A stretch of DNA of 63,981 nucleotides, filler included, from a bacterium (GTDB lineage Bacteria > UBA9089 > CG2-30-40-21 > SBAY01), in the NCBI GenBank assembly GCA_040757115.1. It is 6 parts of 6 records of this genome, joined end to end, with 100 filler letters (N's around TTAATTAATTAA, not from the genome) between each part and the next. Parts side by side here need not be neighbours in the genome. Positions count along the whole stretch, not along the records: positions 35,409 to 60,836 come from JBFLYA010000035.1; 5 more parts are not named here. One strand, 5' to 3'. How positions within the stretch are numbered: the stretch's first letter is position 1; each line of letters begins with the position of its first letter. A program made the position numbers and the translations under genes. Under the pieces are notes generated by a model, which saw nothing but the letters and a program-made list of their open reading frames with translations, ran no database searches and was not told the DNA's origin. This document shows, in pieces, positions 40,643 to 51,842 of the stretch.

Positions 40643-43354
40643 ATGAATATCAGAAAAATAGTAGTTGGGTTAATAGTTTTGTTGTTTATTTTAAGTTCAT
40701 TGGGAAGACAGGCAGTCAATCTTTACACGGATTGGCTTTGGTTTGGCGGTGTCGGTTTTCAATCTGTATTTGTCCAAATATTGACGACTAAAGTTTTAAT
40801 TGGGCTAATATGTGGAATCTCCTTCTTCTTATTAACCTTTATTAATCCCTTTTTAGCTAAACTATTTTCTCCAAAAAGAAGGTTATTGATTATTGAGCCA
40901 GATTTGTTTGAAATACCCCACAAAGAAGAATTTGCCCCTTTTATAAATAAATTTTTATTAAGTATTATCCTCTTAATGGCTATTTTTGTCGGTTATGGCT
41001 CTTCAAATAAATGGGAAGAATACCTCCAATTTATGAATCCGACATCTTTCAATTTATGTGACCCACTTTTCTCAAAAGACATTAGTTTTTATGTTTTTAA
41101 ATTACCGTTTATCAAGTATGTTTATCAACTGTTATGTTTTAGTCTTGGGTTAGGGATGGTGTTAGTGGTAGGGATTTATCTTTTTGAAGGGGCAATGCGG
41201 ATAACGACAAGAGGATTACGGTTTGTCCCGGCATTTAAGATTCATATCTCGATATTAGCCAGTTTAATCTTTGGATTGATAAGTTGGGGCATAATATTAA
41301 GGATGTATGAATTACTTTACTCACCCAGAGGGGTAGTTTTTGGAGCAAGTTTTACAGATATTCATGCCTATTTACCTGTCCTAAAGATTCTTTTTGTGCT
41401 TGGATTGATTACCGGCATATCATTTTTAATGAATATCTTCTTTACTAACTGGAAAATCACTATTGGATTATGTGGACTAATGTTAGTTATCTGGGTATTA
41501 GGTGGGAGGATGTATCCTGAGGTTATTCAACGACTTCAAGTTGCTCCTAATGAAATAAGGATGGAAGAACCTTATATAAAACTAAATATTAAATATACTC
41601 GGATGGCGTATAATCTTAATAAAATAGAGATAAAAGAATTCCCTGCACAAGAAACCTTGACCTTAGCGGATTTGAAAGCAAATGATATGACCATAAAAAA
41701 TATTAGACTCTGGGACCAGGAGCCCCTTTTGAGCACTTATGGACAATTACAAGAAATCCGAACATATTATAAATTTGTTGATGTTGATAATGATAGATAT
41801 GTGATTAATGGTGAATATTCTCAGGTAATGCTTTCTCCACGAGAATTATCTTATGAACATTTACCCAGTAAGATATGGATGAATGAACATCTGACCTACA
41901 CACATGGTTATGGTGTCTGTTTGGGACCGGTAAATAAAATCTCTAAAGAAGGATTACCTGAATTTATGATTAAAGATATTCCACCAATTTGCCTGACAGA
42001 CCTTAAATTAGAAAAACCTCAGATTTATTATGGCGAAATACCAAATGAATATTGTTTTGTCAGGACTAATGCAAAAGAATTTGATTATCCTGCCGGGGAT
42101 AAAAATGTATATACAACCTATACAGGAAGGGGAGATATTCCAGTTAGTTCTTTGTTTCGAAAAGTGCTATTAGCCATAAGATTTCAAGAACCAAAGATAT
42201 TTTTCTCAACAGAGATTACTAACCAGAGTAAGATAATGTATTATCGAGGAGTAAAAGAAAGGATACAAAAAATCTGTCCTTTTATTAGTTATGACCGGGA
42301 CCCATATTTGGTTATTGCGGATGGAAAATTATACTGGATTTGTGATGGTTATACCGTGACGAATATGTATCCTTATTCAGAACCAATGTATCAAAAGGCT
42401 ATTGGCAGGGCAAGTAATTATATTCGTAATTCAGTTAAAGTAGTAATAGATGCTTATGATGGTTTGATGTGGTTTTATATTAGTGATTCAAACGACCCAA
42501 TTATTCAAACTTATGCCAGAATTTTTCCAGACCTTTTTCTATCATTAGATAAAATGCCTCAGGATTTGAAAAACCACATCAGGTATCCAGTAGATATGTT
42601 TGCGGTGCAATCTATGATGTATTGTGCTTATCACATGCAGGATGCACAGGTATTTTATAATAAAGAGGATTTATGGGCTATTCATAAGAAAATGGTGGGA
42701 GGTACTACTCAGCAAATGGAACCTTATTATACCATTATGAAATTACGAGGAGAAAAAAAAGAGGAGTTTATCTTGATGATTCCTTTTACCCCGGCTCGTA
42801 AGGATAATATGATTGCCTGGTTGGCCGCAAGATGCGATGCCCCTAATTATGGTAATTTATTAGTTTATACTTTCCCTAAGGAAAAGTTAATTTACGGTCC
42901 ATCTCAAATTGAGGCAAGAATTAATCAAGATGCGGAAATCTCTCAACAACTATCACTCTGGGACCAGCGAGGGTCTAATGTCAATCGAGGTAGTTTATTG
43001 GTTATTCCAATTGAGAATTCACTTCTTTATATCGAACCACTTTATTTAGTTGCAGAACAAGGAAAAATTCCTGAATTAAAGCGAGTTATTGTTAGCTTTG
43101 GTAATAAAATTGTTATGGCACAAAACTTAGAACAGGCTCTTCAGGAAATCTTTGGTGGCAAGATAATGCCTGCCCAGATTGAAACAAAAAAAGAAGTAAT
43201 AGAAGAAAAACCTTTATCTATTAAGGAATTGGCGAAACAGGCATCAGCACACTTTCAGAATGCAGAAAAACACTTGCAACAGGGTGACTGGGCAGGTTAT
43301 GGAGAAGAATTACGCAAACTAAAAGAGGTGCTTAAGCGTTTAGAACATCAATAG
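40643..43354 (+). CDS. UPF0182 family membrane protein
   Basis: [52 protein letters not shown] and HIRYP.DMF. Confidence 0.95.
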   Translation: MNIRKIVVGLIVLLFILSSLGRQAVNLYTDWLWFGGVGFQSVFVQILTTKVLIGLICGISFFLLTFINPFLAKLFSPKRRLLIIEPDLFEIPHKEEFAPFINKFLLSIILLMAIFVGYGSSNKWEEYLQFMNPTSFNLCDPLFSKDISFYVFKLPFIKYVYQLLCFSLGLGMVLVVGIYLFEGAMRITTRGLRFVPAFKIHISILASLIFGLISWGIILRMYELLYSPRGVVFGASFTDIHAYLPVLKILFVLGLITGISFLMNIFFTNWKITIGLCGLMLVIWVLGGRMYPEVIQRLQVAPNEIRMEEPYIKLNIKYTRMAYNLNKIEIKEFPAQETLTLADLKANDMTIKNIRLWDQEPLLSTYGQLQEIRTYYKFVDVDNDRYVINGEYSQVMLSPRELSYEHLPSKIWMNEHLTYTHGYGVCLGPVNKISKEGLPEFMIKDIPPICLTDLKLEKPQIYYGEIPNEYCFVRTNAKEFDYPAGDKNVYTTYTGRGDIPVSSLFRKVLLAIRFQEPKIFFSTEITNQSKIMYYRGVKERIQKICPFISYDRDPYLVIADGKLYWICDGYTVTNMYPYSEPMYQKAIGRASNYIRNSVKVVIDAYDGLMWFYISDSNDPIIQTYARIFPDLFLSLDKMPQDLKNHIRYPVDMFAVQSMMYCAYHMQDAQVFYNKEDLWAIHKKMVGGTTQQMEPYYTIMKLRGEKKEEFILMIPFTPARKDNMIAWLAARCDAPNYGNLLVYTFPKEKLIYGPSQIEARINQDAEISQQLSLWDQRGSNVNRGSLLVIPIENSLLYIEPLYLVAEQGKIPELKRVIVSFGNKIVMAQNLEQALQEIFGGKIMPAQIETKKEVIEEKPLSIKELAKQASAHFQNAEKHLQQGDWAGYGEELRKLKEVLKRLEHQ

Positions 43355-43382
43355 AGTGAGAAAAGGAGTAGCGAAATTAGAG

Positions 43383-43925
43383 ATGAAAGAATTAGTCAAA
43401 CAACTACTTATATCTTTTGGAGAAAATCCTGATAGAGAAGGATTAAAAAAAACACCAGCCAGGGTAGAGGAATCGTTGAAATTTCTGACATCAGGTTATG
43501 AGGTAGAAGTTGCAGATGTGTTTAAAGATGCTACCTTTGTCGAGAATTATGACGAGATGGTTTTGGTTAAGGATATTGATTTCTATAGTCTATGTGAACA
43601 TCATCTCCTTCCTTTTTACGGCAAATGCCATATCGCTTATATTCCGGATAAAAAGATAGTTGGATTAAGTAAATTAGTGAGATTGGTTGAAATATTCAGC
43701 CGCAGATTGCAGGTTCAAGAAAGGCTTACCACGCAAATTGCTCAGGCAATAAAAGAACATTTGACCCCATTGGGCGTAGGTGTAGTCATCGAGGCATATC
43801 ATTTGTGTATGATGATGCGTGGTGTCCAGAAACAAAACTCACAAATAACTACCAGCTCAATGCTGGGGATTTTCCGCCAGAAACAATCTACACGAATGGA
43901 ATTCTTATCGTTGTTAAAGAAATAG
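43383..43925 (+). CDS. folE: GTP cyclohydrolase I
   Basis: [36 protein letters not shown] and HLCMMMRG. Confidence 0.97.
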   Translation: MKELVKQLLISFGENPDREGLKKTPARVEESLKFLTSGYEVEVADVFKDATFVENYDEMVLVKDIDFYSLCEHHLLPFYGKCHIAYIPDKKIVGLSKLVRLVEIFSRRLQVQERLTTQIAQAIKEHLTPLGVGVVIEAYHLCMMMRGVQKQNSQITTSSMLGIFRQKQSTRMEFLSLLKK

Positions 43926-43952
43926 AAGACAGAGCTCATAAGGAAAGAAATA

Positions 43953-44561
43953 ATGACTGGCATTATTTTATGTGGTGGCAAAGGCAGTCGATTAGGCTAT
44001 AAAAATAAACCTTTACTCAAAATAGGTGAAAAGACTCTTATTGAACGAGTTATTTCCAGATTAAAAGAAGTTTGTCTGGAAGAAATTATCTGCGTCAATG
44101 AAACTAATTTTCCCTCGCCACTGTTCACTAACTACCCTTCAGTAATTACTATTCAAGATATAATTCCTCAAAAAGGACCTTTAGTTGGGCTTTACACCGG
44201 ACTTTGTGTGTCTAAGAATTTTTATAATTTTGTGGTTGCGAGCGATATGCCTTTTATTAGTGTTAATTTAATTAAATATATGAAAGAACAGACAGGCGAT
44301 GCCGATATTATTATTCCTAAGACAAAAAATGGCATTGAATCCCTTCATGCCATTTATTCTAAAAACTGTTTAGATGTCCTCAGACAAAAAATAGATAATG
44401 AAAAACTTGCCATTTCGTCTATTTTTAGTGAACTAAAGGTAAAATATATCCTCGAAGAAGAAATCCTTAAATTCTCCATTCCGGAGATTGCCTTTTTTAA
44501 TATTAATACTGAAAAAGACCTATCAAAGGCAGAAAGATTAGCTAATGAATTCGAAAAATAA
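43953..44561 (+). CDS. mobA: Molybdenum cofactor guanylyltransferase
   Basis: GIILCGGKGSRLG..K, GPLVGL, DMPFI and FFNINT..DL. Confidence 0.9.
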   Translation: MTGIILCGGKGSRLGYKNKPLLKIGEKTLIERVISRLKEVCLEEIICVNETNFPSPLFTNYPSVITIQDIIPQKGPLVGLYTGLCVSKNFYNFVVASDMPFISVNLIKYMKEQTGDADIIIPKTKNGIESLHAIYSKNCLDVLRQKIDNEKLAISSIFSELKVKYILEEEILKFSIPEIAFFNINTEKDLSKAERLANEFEK

Positions 44562-44811
44562 GTGTAACTATTCACCGCAGAGACGCAGAGACGCAGAGAA
44601 AAAAATTAAAAACTATTTGTCATACGTTTCATTCCATCTCTGATTTTCATCAGAGCAAACTTTTTAGGACTGACATATCATGATTGATTAACAAATTTGG
44701 TTTTGATGTCCTATGTATTAGCATGAGTGCCTCAATAATCTTTTCTGTTATCTGATTTATTTCCATGTCTTCTCTGCGAACTCTTGCGTCTCTGCGGTAA
44801 ATTACCCCCTG

Positions 44812-46377
44812 CTACGAATTTTCAGCCAGAAGTTTAGCCGAACGGTCACGGACAAATTTAACCTCTGGATTTGAACCCGGGTCAATATGCTTCATGATAG
44901 AATAACAGAAAGTTGTATCTGCCCATAATTGCCCAAGGATTGCCGAATGACTAAGTGTTGGAGCACCTGGGATACTAATCAATAAGGTTGGCATTAATTC
45001 AGCAAAACGAGTGTAGTTTGCCCGAGCAAGAATTACCTCTTCATCTCCATACTGAAGTCCAGCATGAGCAGGATTGATAGGGTCAATTTTACGCAAGACC
45101 ATTGGAGGAAGATTTTCACTATAAAAATTTGTCCGAAGGAGAAAAAATCCTATTTTCGTCTTATAGTTGGCAAGAATTCCCTCAATATTCATATGTGAAT
45201 CGCGTGGTAATCCAAAATAGCGTGAGCAAAGAAAATCATTACCATTTTTGTTGACTCCTTCATTCCAGAACTGAATAAACTCATCTGCTGAAAAAGAAAG
45301 AGATTCATCATTGCACCCTAAGTAAATATGGTTGGTTTTATTAAGCAATTGGTGAAGGTATAGAAATTTTGCCAGGACCATTGGTAGAGAAAAATGGTTA
45401 GAAATATCAAAATATTGAATAGCAGTTTCAATTTCCTTCCAATATGATAGCGTATTCATTCCCGCGATATGCATTGGGGCAAGTAAAATTGGTGTTTTAT
45501 TTCGGCCAAAACGTCCAGACACTTCATCAGGAAGTGAAAGAACCAAATTATTATCTCGTAGTCCAATCTCACGAAGTGGGCCGGAATTCGCAAACACTAT
45601 ACGAGAAGCATTTCTCGGTGTATACTCATGAATTTTAATGGTTTCTTCAGTTTTTCCGCTACGAGAAAATTCCAGAAATAAAGTATTCTCAACTGATGAA
45701 TCCTGAGGAAGAAAACTCAATTGTCTGGGAGAATTTATAATTAGCCAGGTAGTTTTGCGGTTGGGATTGTTATTATTAATATATGAAACCAGATGATTAA
45801 ATTGTTCATTTGCACCAATTCCTGAATTAATGATATAGCGTGGATACCTTGATTTAAAATGCTCTGAAATATAACGCTCAACTTTGGGAGCGTCAAGACT
45901 CATATACTCATTATAGTATTTAAAAACATCTTGCCGATAAAGTTTTACAAGAGGGTCATTTATTGTTTTTTCAGCACTACTTTGAAAGAGTTCAATTACC
46001 ACTGAATAGAGATTTTTAGGTATCAATAATGGACTGTTCAATGGCGGTGCAGATTCTATTGAAAATAAATGTGGGAAAGGATTTAATCGTTCCATACCTT
46101 CGCAAAGAACAATTTCTTTGGTTTCTTCAAATGAAATGCTATCTTTAACATCTTCTAATTTAGACTGGGCAACAATATCACTCAATCCTAACTCGCATAA
46201 CAAAGACTCTGTCTCTTCAGAAGTTGTCCGTAATGCTTCTGATAGATTAGAGATTAATATCTTTGGTGATAAAGCCCCTCGAACAGCCTCCCAGAGATTT
46301 TCTTCTTCTAATCCCTTATCCTTAACTTTATAGATTAGTTCTTTTATGAGATTATTTAAATTAGATTCCTTTTTCAT
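44812..46377 (-). CDS. Divergent glucose-6-phosphate isomerase-like (SIS) protein
   Basis: GIGAN, SRSGKTEET, VSGRF, QFWNEG.NK, RDSH and DPGSNPEV follow the PGI motif order. Confidence 0.6.
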   Translation of the reverse strand: MKKESNLNNLIKELIYKVKDKGLEEENLWEAVRGALSPKILISNLSEALRTTSEETESLLCELGLSDIVAQSKLEDVKDSISFEETKEIVLCEGMERLNPFPHLFSIESAPPLNSPLLIPKNLYSVVIELFQSSAEKTINDPLVKLYRQDVFKYYNEYMSLDAPKVERYISEHFKSRYPRYIINSGIGANEQFNHLVSYINNNNPNRKTTWLIINSPRQLSFLPQDSSVENTLFLEFSRSGKTEETIKIHEYTPRNASRIVFANSGPLREIGLRDNNLVLSLPDEVSGRFGRNKTPILLAPMHIAGMNTLSYWKEIETAIQYFDISNHFSLPMVLAKFLYLHQLLNKTNHIYLGCNDESLSFSADEFIQFWNEGVNKNGNDFLCSRYFGLPRDSHMNIEGILANYKTKIGFFLLRTNFYSENLPPMVLRKIDPINPAHAGLQYGDEEVILARANYTRFAELMPTLLISIPGAPTLSHSAILGQLWADTTFCYSIMKHIDPGSNPEVKFVRDRSAKLLAENS

Positions 46378-46384
46378 ACAAATT

Positions 46385-46753
46385 TTACTCCCGTCCATAA
46401 ATATCTTCATATCTCTCAATATCATTTTCATCTGCATATCCGAAGGATATCTCTAATACTCTTCCTTTTTTGCCAAGCGATGAAAGGCGGTGTTTCATAT
46501 TTCTTAAGATGACAATCTCATCTCCTGGTTTTGGCTTTATAATTTTATCCTCTAACTCCACCTGTAGTCCATCGTCAATAATGACCCATAGTTCATCTCT
46601 TTTTTTATGAGATTGTCTACTCAACATTTGATTTGGTTTGACGGTGAGAATTTTAACCGTGCATTCCTCATTATGGGCATATTGTTTAAAATTGCCCCAT
46701 GGTCTAATATCCTGTATAATTTTTTTTCTAATATCATCTTCTCTTAAACTCAT
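46385..46753 (-). CDS. Cupin, mannose-6-phosphate isomerase type II C-terminal-like
   Basis: RPWG, VKIL.VKP...LS.QSH..R.ELW, HRL and DE.DIER.ED.YGR. Confidence 0.88.
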   Translation of the reverse strand: MSLREDDIRKKIIQDIRPWGNFKQYAHNEECTVKILTVKPNQMLSRQSHKKRDELWVIIDDGLQVELEDKIIKPKPGDEIVILRNMKHRLSSLGKKGRVLEISFGYADENDIERYEDIYGRE

Positions 46754-46853
46754 TTTGTATCCTCACCCTCTCTTTTGAAAAAAACATCGTTGTCATATTA
46801 TACCACAATTTCAATCTATGTCAATTGAAATTTTATACATACACTAAAATTTG

Positions 46854-47043
46854 GTAACCGTTCAGGCTATATATCAAAAGTGTAAGAAAGGGGATAAGGA
46901 GATAAGAGTGATATGGAGATAAGATAATAGAATATAGATTGAAATTTATAGAAATAGGTAGAAATTGATTGTGGAAAACAACAAATTTCCATAAATTTCT
47001 ATTAATTTCAATTTTTGTCGTGCTCTTCGTGGTGAATAGTTAC
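46854..47043. mobile_element. GTAA-ended element (left end identical to 35257-35308)
   Basis: GTAACCGTTCAGGCTATATATCAAAAGTG ... TGAATAGTTAC. Confidence 0.7.
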
Positions 47044-47412
47044 CCAGGGGATTATTGTTTGCCTTTACCAGACAACTGATTGAGGTAGATAATATCCTGA
47101 AAAACCTGTCTCAACCTTACCAAATCCGCCTGGATTCTTCTTAGAACTGCTACCTTATTTTGTTCCAGCAACCCCTCTTTTTCCCTCTTTAATCCATATC
47201 ATATTTTTATCATATTGACAATCTTTTTTTTGACTCCAATATTTTGATATATCAGGAGACACAGGAGAGAACTGTCCTTTTTAATGTCCCCTACCATCTT
47301 GTCCCCGAACTGTATCTTAAAAATAAAAATCATGAAAATTTACTCTTCAGAACTGAAAAATTGATTTATTACTTGACAATTATCTCCTATTTATGATAAT
47401 CTTAAAAGAACA

Positions 47413-48765
47413 ATGAATCCAGTTCGTAGTAGATTTTCTAAAAAACTGAATAAAGAGGTTGAATCTTTTACCTCTTCTATTGATATTGATAAAAAATTCT
47501 ATAAGTATGATATTACTGGCAGTCAAGCTCATGCAAAAATGCTCGGTAAATGCGGTATTATCCCTCAACAAGAAGCAGAAGAGATAATACAGAGATTAGA
47601 AGAGATTAAAACCGAACTTGAAGAAGGAAATTTTCAATTCAGCCCGGAATTAGAAGATATTCATATCCATATTGAAAAAGCCTTAATAGATAAATTGGGT
47701 AAAACGGGTGAAAAACTTCATACTGCCAGGTCTCGAAATGACCAGGTAGCCATAGATACAAGGCTTTATCTCCGAGAAGAAATAAAAGAGATAATCGAAC
47801 TAATAAGAACCTTACAAAAATCTATCATCAATATAGCCCAGGAAAATTTAGAGACGATTATGCCCGGTTATACCCATTTACAGCATGCCGAACCAGTTCT
47901 TTTCTCGCATCATTTAATGGCTTACTTCTGGATGCTTCAACGGGATGTAGATAGATTACAAGATGGCTATAAGCGGGTAAATGTTATGCCACTCGGGAGT
48001 TGTGCTCTGGCTGGAACATCCTTACCTATAGACCGCCAATGTGTTGCTGAATTACTTGAGTTTCCCCAAATAAGTGAAAATAGCATTGATACGGTTAGCG
48101 ACCGAGATTATATCATTGAATTTTCAGGTAATATTTGTTTGGTGATGATGCATCTATCAAGGTTAAGTGAGGAGTTAATTCTGTGGTCAACACAAGAGTT
48201 TGGATTTATTGAGTTAGATGAGGCATTTTGCACCGGCAGTAGCATTATGCCACAAAAGAAAAATCCAGATGTTTGTGAATTAATTAGAGGAAAAACAGGT
48301 ATAATTTACGGACATCTTGTTTCATTACTCACGATGATGAAAGGATTACCACTATCTTATAATCGAGATATGCAGGAGGATAAATATCCATTACTTGATA
48401 CCGTAGAAATAGTTAAATTAGCATTATCCATCTTTGGTAAGATGCTCTTAACGATGAAGATAAAGAAAGAAAGGATGTTATCTATCCTGAGTGGTGATTT
48501 TTCAACCGCGACTGAAATGGCTAATTATTTAGTCAAAAAAGGTATTCCTTTCCGTCAGGCACATCAAATAGTAGGTAAGATATGCCAGATGGGGAAACCA
48601 TTAGAAGTTTTGACATTGGAAGAGTTACAGCATTTCTCACCCGTATTTTCAGAAGATGTGCTTAAAATATTAAAACCTCAGGAGTCTATAAAACAAAAAA
48701 TATCTTATGGGGGCACGGGAGTAATTCAAGTAAAGGAACAAATTGAATTAGCTAAAAAAGCATGA
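47413..48765 (+). CDS. argH: Argininosuccinate lyase
   Basis: LHTARSRNDQ, MPGYTHLQ, TGSSIMPQKKNPD and YNRDMQEDK. Confidence 0.97.
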   Translation: MNPVRSRFSKKLNKEVESFTSSIDIDKKFYKYDITGSQAHAKMLGKCGIIPQQEAEEIIQRLEEIKTELEEGNFQFSPELEDIHIHIEKALIDKLGKTGEKLHTARSRNDQVAIDTRLYLREEIKEIIELIRTLQKSIINIAQENLETIMPGYTHLQHAEPVLFSHHLMAYFWMLQRDVDRLQDGYKRVNVMPLGSCALAGTSLPIDRQCVAELLEFPQISENSIDTVSDRDYIIEFSGNICLVMMHLSRLSEELILWSTQEFGFIELDEAFCTGSSIMPQKKNPDVCELIRGKTGIIYGHLVSLLTMMKGLPLSYNRDMQEDKYPLLDTVEIVKLALSIFGKMLLTMKIKKERMLSILSGDFSTATEMANYLVKKGIPFRQAHQIVGKICQMGKPLEVLTLEELQHFSPVFSEDVLKILKPQESIKQKISYGGTGVIQVKEQIELAKKA

Positions 48766-48779
48766 ATTAAGAGAAGGTA

Positions 48780-49018
48780 GGGAAACGGGGAAAGGAAGAA
48801 AGGGAGAAAAGGCTGAAGGCTGAAGGAAACAGCGTTCAAAACTTCAGCCTATACCCTTCAGCCTTCAGCCTATTTTCAGGAGAATGCTCATGAACCGCTG
48901 GTTCACAAATGAGGATGAAAATAGTGGTAGGAGATAGAAGATGGGATGTAAGGAGATAGGCGTGAGGAGTGATGTTTTCTTTACTCTCTACTTTCTACTT
49001 CCTTATTTTCAGGAGAAA
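48780..49018 (+). repeat. Array: module E - site - module A - half-site
   Basis: Site at 48873-48922, half-site at 49006-49018 adjoining the ferredoxin RBS. Confidence 0.8.
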
Positions 49019-49033
49019 GGAGGAAATAAAGAA

Positions 49034-49210
49034 ATGCCTGCTATAGTTGACACAGAAAAATGTGATGGCTGTGGGACATGTGTAGAGGTTTGTCCAACAG
49101 AGGCAATCGCGCTTGAGGATGATGTGGCACAAGTCAATGAGGATGAATGCACAGAATGTGGCACTTGTGTCGAAGAATGCCCAAATGGCGCTATCTCAAT
49201 GTCTGAATAA
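49034..49210 (+). CDS. 2[4Fe-4S] ferredoxin
   Basis: Two CxxCxxCxxxCP motifs; start moved to the ATG at 49034. Confidence 0.93.
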   Translation: MPAIVDTEKCDGCGTCVEVCPTEAIALEDDVAQVNEDECTECGTCVEECPNGAISMSE

Positions 49211-49318
49211 GAAATAAGAGATAAGGGAACAAGTCTTACCTGGATTTTCGATTGCGGATTTTGGATTTATTTTTCAATCTAAAATCCAAAATCTAAAATT
49301 AAACTTGTTCCCTTATTA

Positions 49319-49436
49319 GTAAGCGTTCAGCGGTCAGCAAGATTAGGAAAATCAAGGCATCAGCAAAGTTATGATTCTACTTGCTTTTTTTCGGAGAAGG
49401 TATAACTCTCTTAAAATCTGATAGCTGAACGCTTAC
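49319..49436. mobile_element. 118-bp GTAA-ended MITE
   Basis: TIR GTAAGCGTTCAGC/GCTGAACGCTTAC; TSD CCTTATTA. Confidence 0.88.
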
Positions 49437-49460
49437 CCTTATTAACTCTTTTCTCAAGAA

Positions 49461-50504
49461 ATGGAAATTATAATGGAAATAGTAACTCACACACTAAATC
49501 ATAGCTTGTTGATAACCGCCTTTGTTTTTGTGATGATGATGCTTGTGGATTATATTGAGGTTTTAACTCAAGGCAAGATGAGTCTCCTTATAAAAGGTGG
49601 TTATTGGAGGAAATATATAATCTCTTCGGCATTAGCCTCAACACCAGGTTGTCTGGGGGCATTTATGAATGTCTCTTTTTATGTTCATGGGTTTTTAAGT
49701 TTTGGTGCATTGGCAGGTGGAATGATTGCCGCCTCTGGTGACGAAGCATTTGTTATGCTGACTATGTTTCCAAAACAAGCATTATTCCTATTTGTCATTC
49801 TTTTTATCTTAGGCATTATCTCAGGTTGGATAGTAGATAAAATTATACCTATTTTAAAGATTAAATCCTCTCAGATATGCGAACTTTCAGAACTGCACTT
49901 AGAAAAAGAATGTAAAATTCCTGATGTCCGGGGCATAATTGAACACTTTAGAAATATTTCATTTACAAGATTCCTTTTACTCGCCATATTTTTAATGATA
50001 ATTACTTACGGGTTAGGGGGAAAAATGATTGAGGATGAAAATGAACCCTGGTTAAAAATGGTATTTATCTTGTTAGCCATATTATCTACCGCCATTGTCA
50101 TTAGTGCCCCAGACCACTACTTAGAAAAGCATATCTGGAATCATCTGGTTAAAAAACATCTCTGGCGAGTATTTTTATGGACATTTTTTACGCTTTTAGC
50201 CGTGGATATGGGACTTAAATTTTGGGACATTGAGGCTTTTATTAAAACTAATATGTTCTGGGTATTCCTCATTGCGGCTTTAGTTGCCTTAGTTCCAGAA
50301 TCCGGTCCTCATCTTATCTTTGTGATGATGTTTGCAAAAGGAATTATCCCTTTTTCCGTCCTTCTAACAAGTTCTATAATTCAGGATGGTCATGGGATGT
50401 TACCACTTCTATCTTATACCATAAAAGATGCCTTATGGATAAAATCGATTAATTTTGTCATTGGTTTATTTTGTGGTTTAATCCTTTATCTGGTAGGTTT
50501 TTAA
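49461..50504 (+). CDS. Putative manganese/metal transporter (ArsP_2-like)
   Basis: PGCLGAF, SGDEAFVM, HIWNH..KKH, PESGPH and QDGHGMLPLL. Confidence 0.75.
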   Translation: MEIIMEIVTHTLNHSLLITAFVFVMMMLVDYIEVLTQGKMSLLIKGGYWRKYIISSALASTPGCLGAFMNVSFYVHGFLSFGALAGGMIAASGDEAFVMLTMFPKQALFLFVILFILGIISGWIVDKIIPILKIKSSQICELSELHLEKECKIPDVRGIIEHFRNISFTRFLLLAIFLMIITYGLGGKMIEDENEPWLKMVFILLAILSTAIVISAPDHYLEKHIWNHLVKKHLWRVFLWTFFTLLAVDMGLKFWDIEAFIKTNMFWVFLIAALVALVPESGPHLIFVMMFAKGIIPFSVLLTSSIIQDGHGMLPLLSYTIKDALWIKSINFVIGLFCGLILYLVGF

Positions 50505-50508
50505 TATT

Positions 50509-51033
50509 ATGGCTATTTTACCAATAAAAGTATATCCTGACCCTATCCTCCGTAAAAAGGCGAAAGAGATAACTAAAATAAGAAAAAGAACATTAAATTT
50601 AATCAATAATATGATTGAAACAATGTATGCGGCAAAGGGTATTGGTCTGGCGGCTAATCAAGTGGGGGTTTTGCACCGTATTATCATTATGGATACCAGC
50701 CAAAATGAAAAAGATAAAAACCATCATAATCCTGTTGTGCTGATTAATCCGAAAATTTTATCTTGCGAAGGAGAAAATGTCGGGGAAGAAGGATGCCTGA
50801 GTTTTCCTGAAATAAGGGGGGAGATAAGAAGGGCAACGCAAGTAAGAGCGAAGGCTTTGAATGTTAATGGCGAAACCATAGAAATAGAGGCGACAGGATT
50901 ACCCTCTCGAGTCCTTCAACACGAAATTGACCATCTCAATGGAATAGTTTTTATCGATCGTATGGAAAAACAAACACGGGAATCCCTTAAAAATCAACTG
51001 GAAATGCTAAAGAAGAGGAAAGTCTCTACATGA
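50509..51033 (+). CDS. def: Peptide deformylase
   Basis: GIGLAANQVG, EGCLS and QHEIDHLNG. Confidence 0.97.
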   Translation: MAILPIKVYPDPILRKKAKEITKIRKRTLNLINNMIETMYAAKGIGLAANQVGVLHRIIIMDTSQNEKDKNHHNPVVLINPKILSCEGENVGEEGCLSFPEIRGEIRRATQVRAKALNVNGETIEIEATGLPSRVLQHEIDHLNGIVFIDRMEKQTRESLKNQLEMLKKRKVST

Positions 51034-51800
51034 AATTTAAATATATCTATGGCCCTGTGGCTTCCTGGAGATTAGGCAGTTCTCTGGGAATAGATTTGCT
51101 TTCGCAGAAGGAGAAAATATGTAATTTTGACTGCTGTTATTGTCAGATTGGAAGGAATTTAAAATACCTTACCCAAAGGAAATTATATGTTCCCACACAA
51201 GAGATAATTGAAGAAATAAAAAGATTACCTGATTGTCAGATAGATTATATTACTTTTTCTGGTAGAGGTGAATCTACACTCGCCATAAATTTAAGTGAAA
51301 CAATAACTGCAATAAAAAAACTCCGAAAAGAACCTATTGCCGTTTTAACTAATTCAACCTTAATCAATAAAGTTGATGTCCGCCAGGAATTAACATTGGC
51401 AGATTTCGTTATTCTCAAATTAGATGCCTTTTCACAGGAAACACTTGAATTAATAAATAACCCCGCCATAGGAATTAAATTTGATGAGATTTATAATGGC
51501 ATAAGGGCTTTTAGAGAAGAATATCGAGGGAAATTAGCACTTCAAATTATGTTTATTGATGAGAATAAGAATAGTGCCCGGAGATTATTTCAATTAGCCC
51601 GAGAAATCCAACCAGACCAAGTGCAAATAAATACACCTTTGCGACAATGTAAAGTAAAACCTTTATCACCAGAAGAAATTTTCTTGATAAAAAGATATTT
51701 TAAGGGATTAAATATCATCTGTGTTTATGATGCAGAAGATAGAGATGTAACACCTATTAGCCAATCTCAAACCTTAAAAAGAAGAGGAACGGTGATGTAG
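51030..51800 (+). CDS. Radical SAM protein
   Basis: YGPV.SWRLG.SLGID, CNFDCCYC and TFSGRGE. Confidence 0.88.
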   Translation: MKFKYIYGPVASWRLGSSLGIDLLSQKEKICNFDCCYCQIGRNLKYLTQRKLYVPTQEIIEEIKRLPDCQIDYITFSGRGESTLAINLSETITAIKKLRKEPIAVLTNSTLINKVDVRQELTLADFVILKLDAFSQETLELINNPAIGIKFDEIYNGIRAFREEYRGKLALQIMFIDENKNSARRLFQLAREIQPDQVQINTPLRQCKVKPLSPEEIFLIKRYFKGLNIICVYDAEDRDVTPISQSQTLKRRGTVM

Positions 51801-51842
51801 AGTAAATTAAGTCTGTCAAAAGGTTGAAAGATTTAAAAAAAA

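Noticed and set aside
47052-47171. 39-aa minus-strand ORF MLEQNKVAVLRRIQADL...
   Set aside because: Plausible RBS, but TTG start, short length and no recognisable motif; insufficient support.
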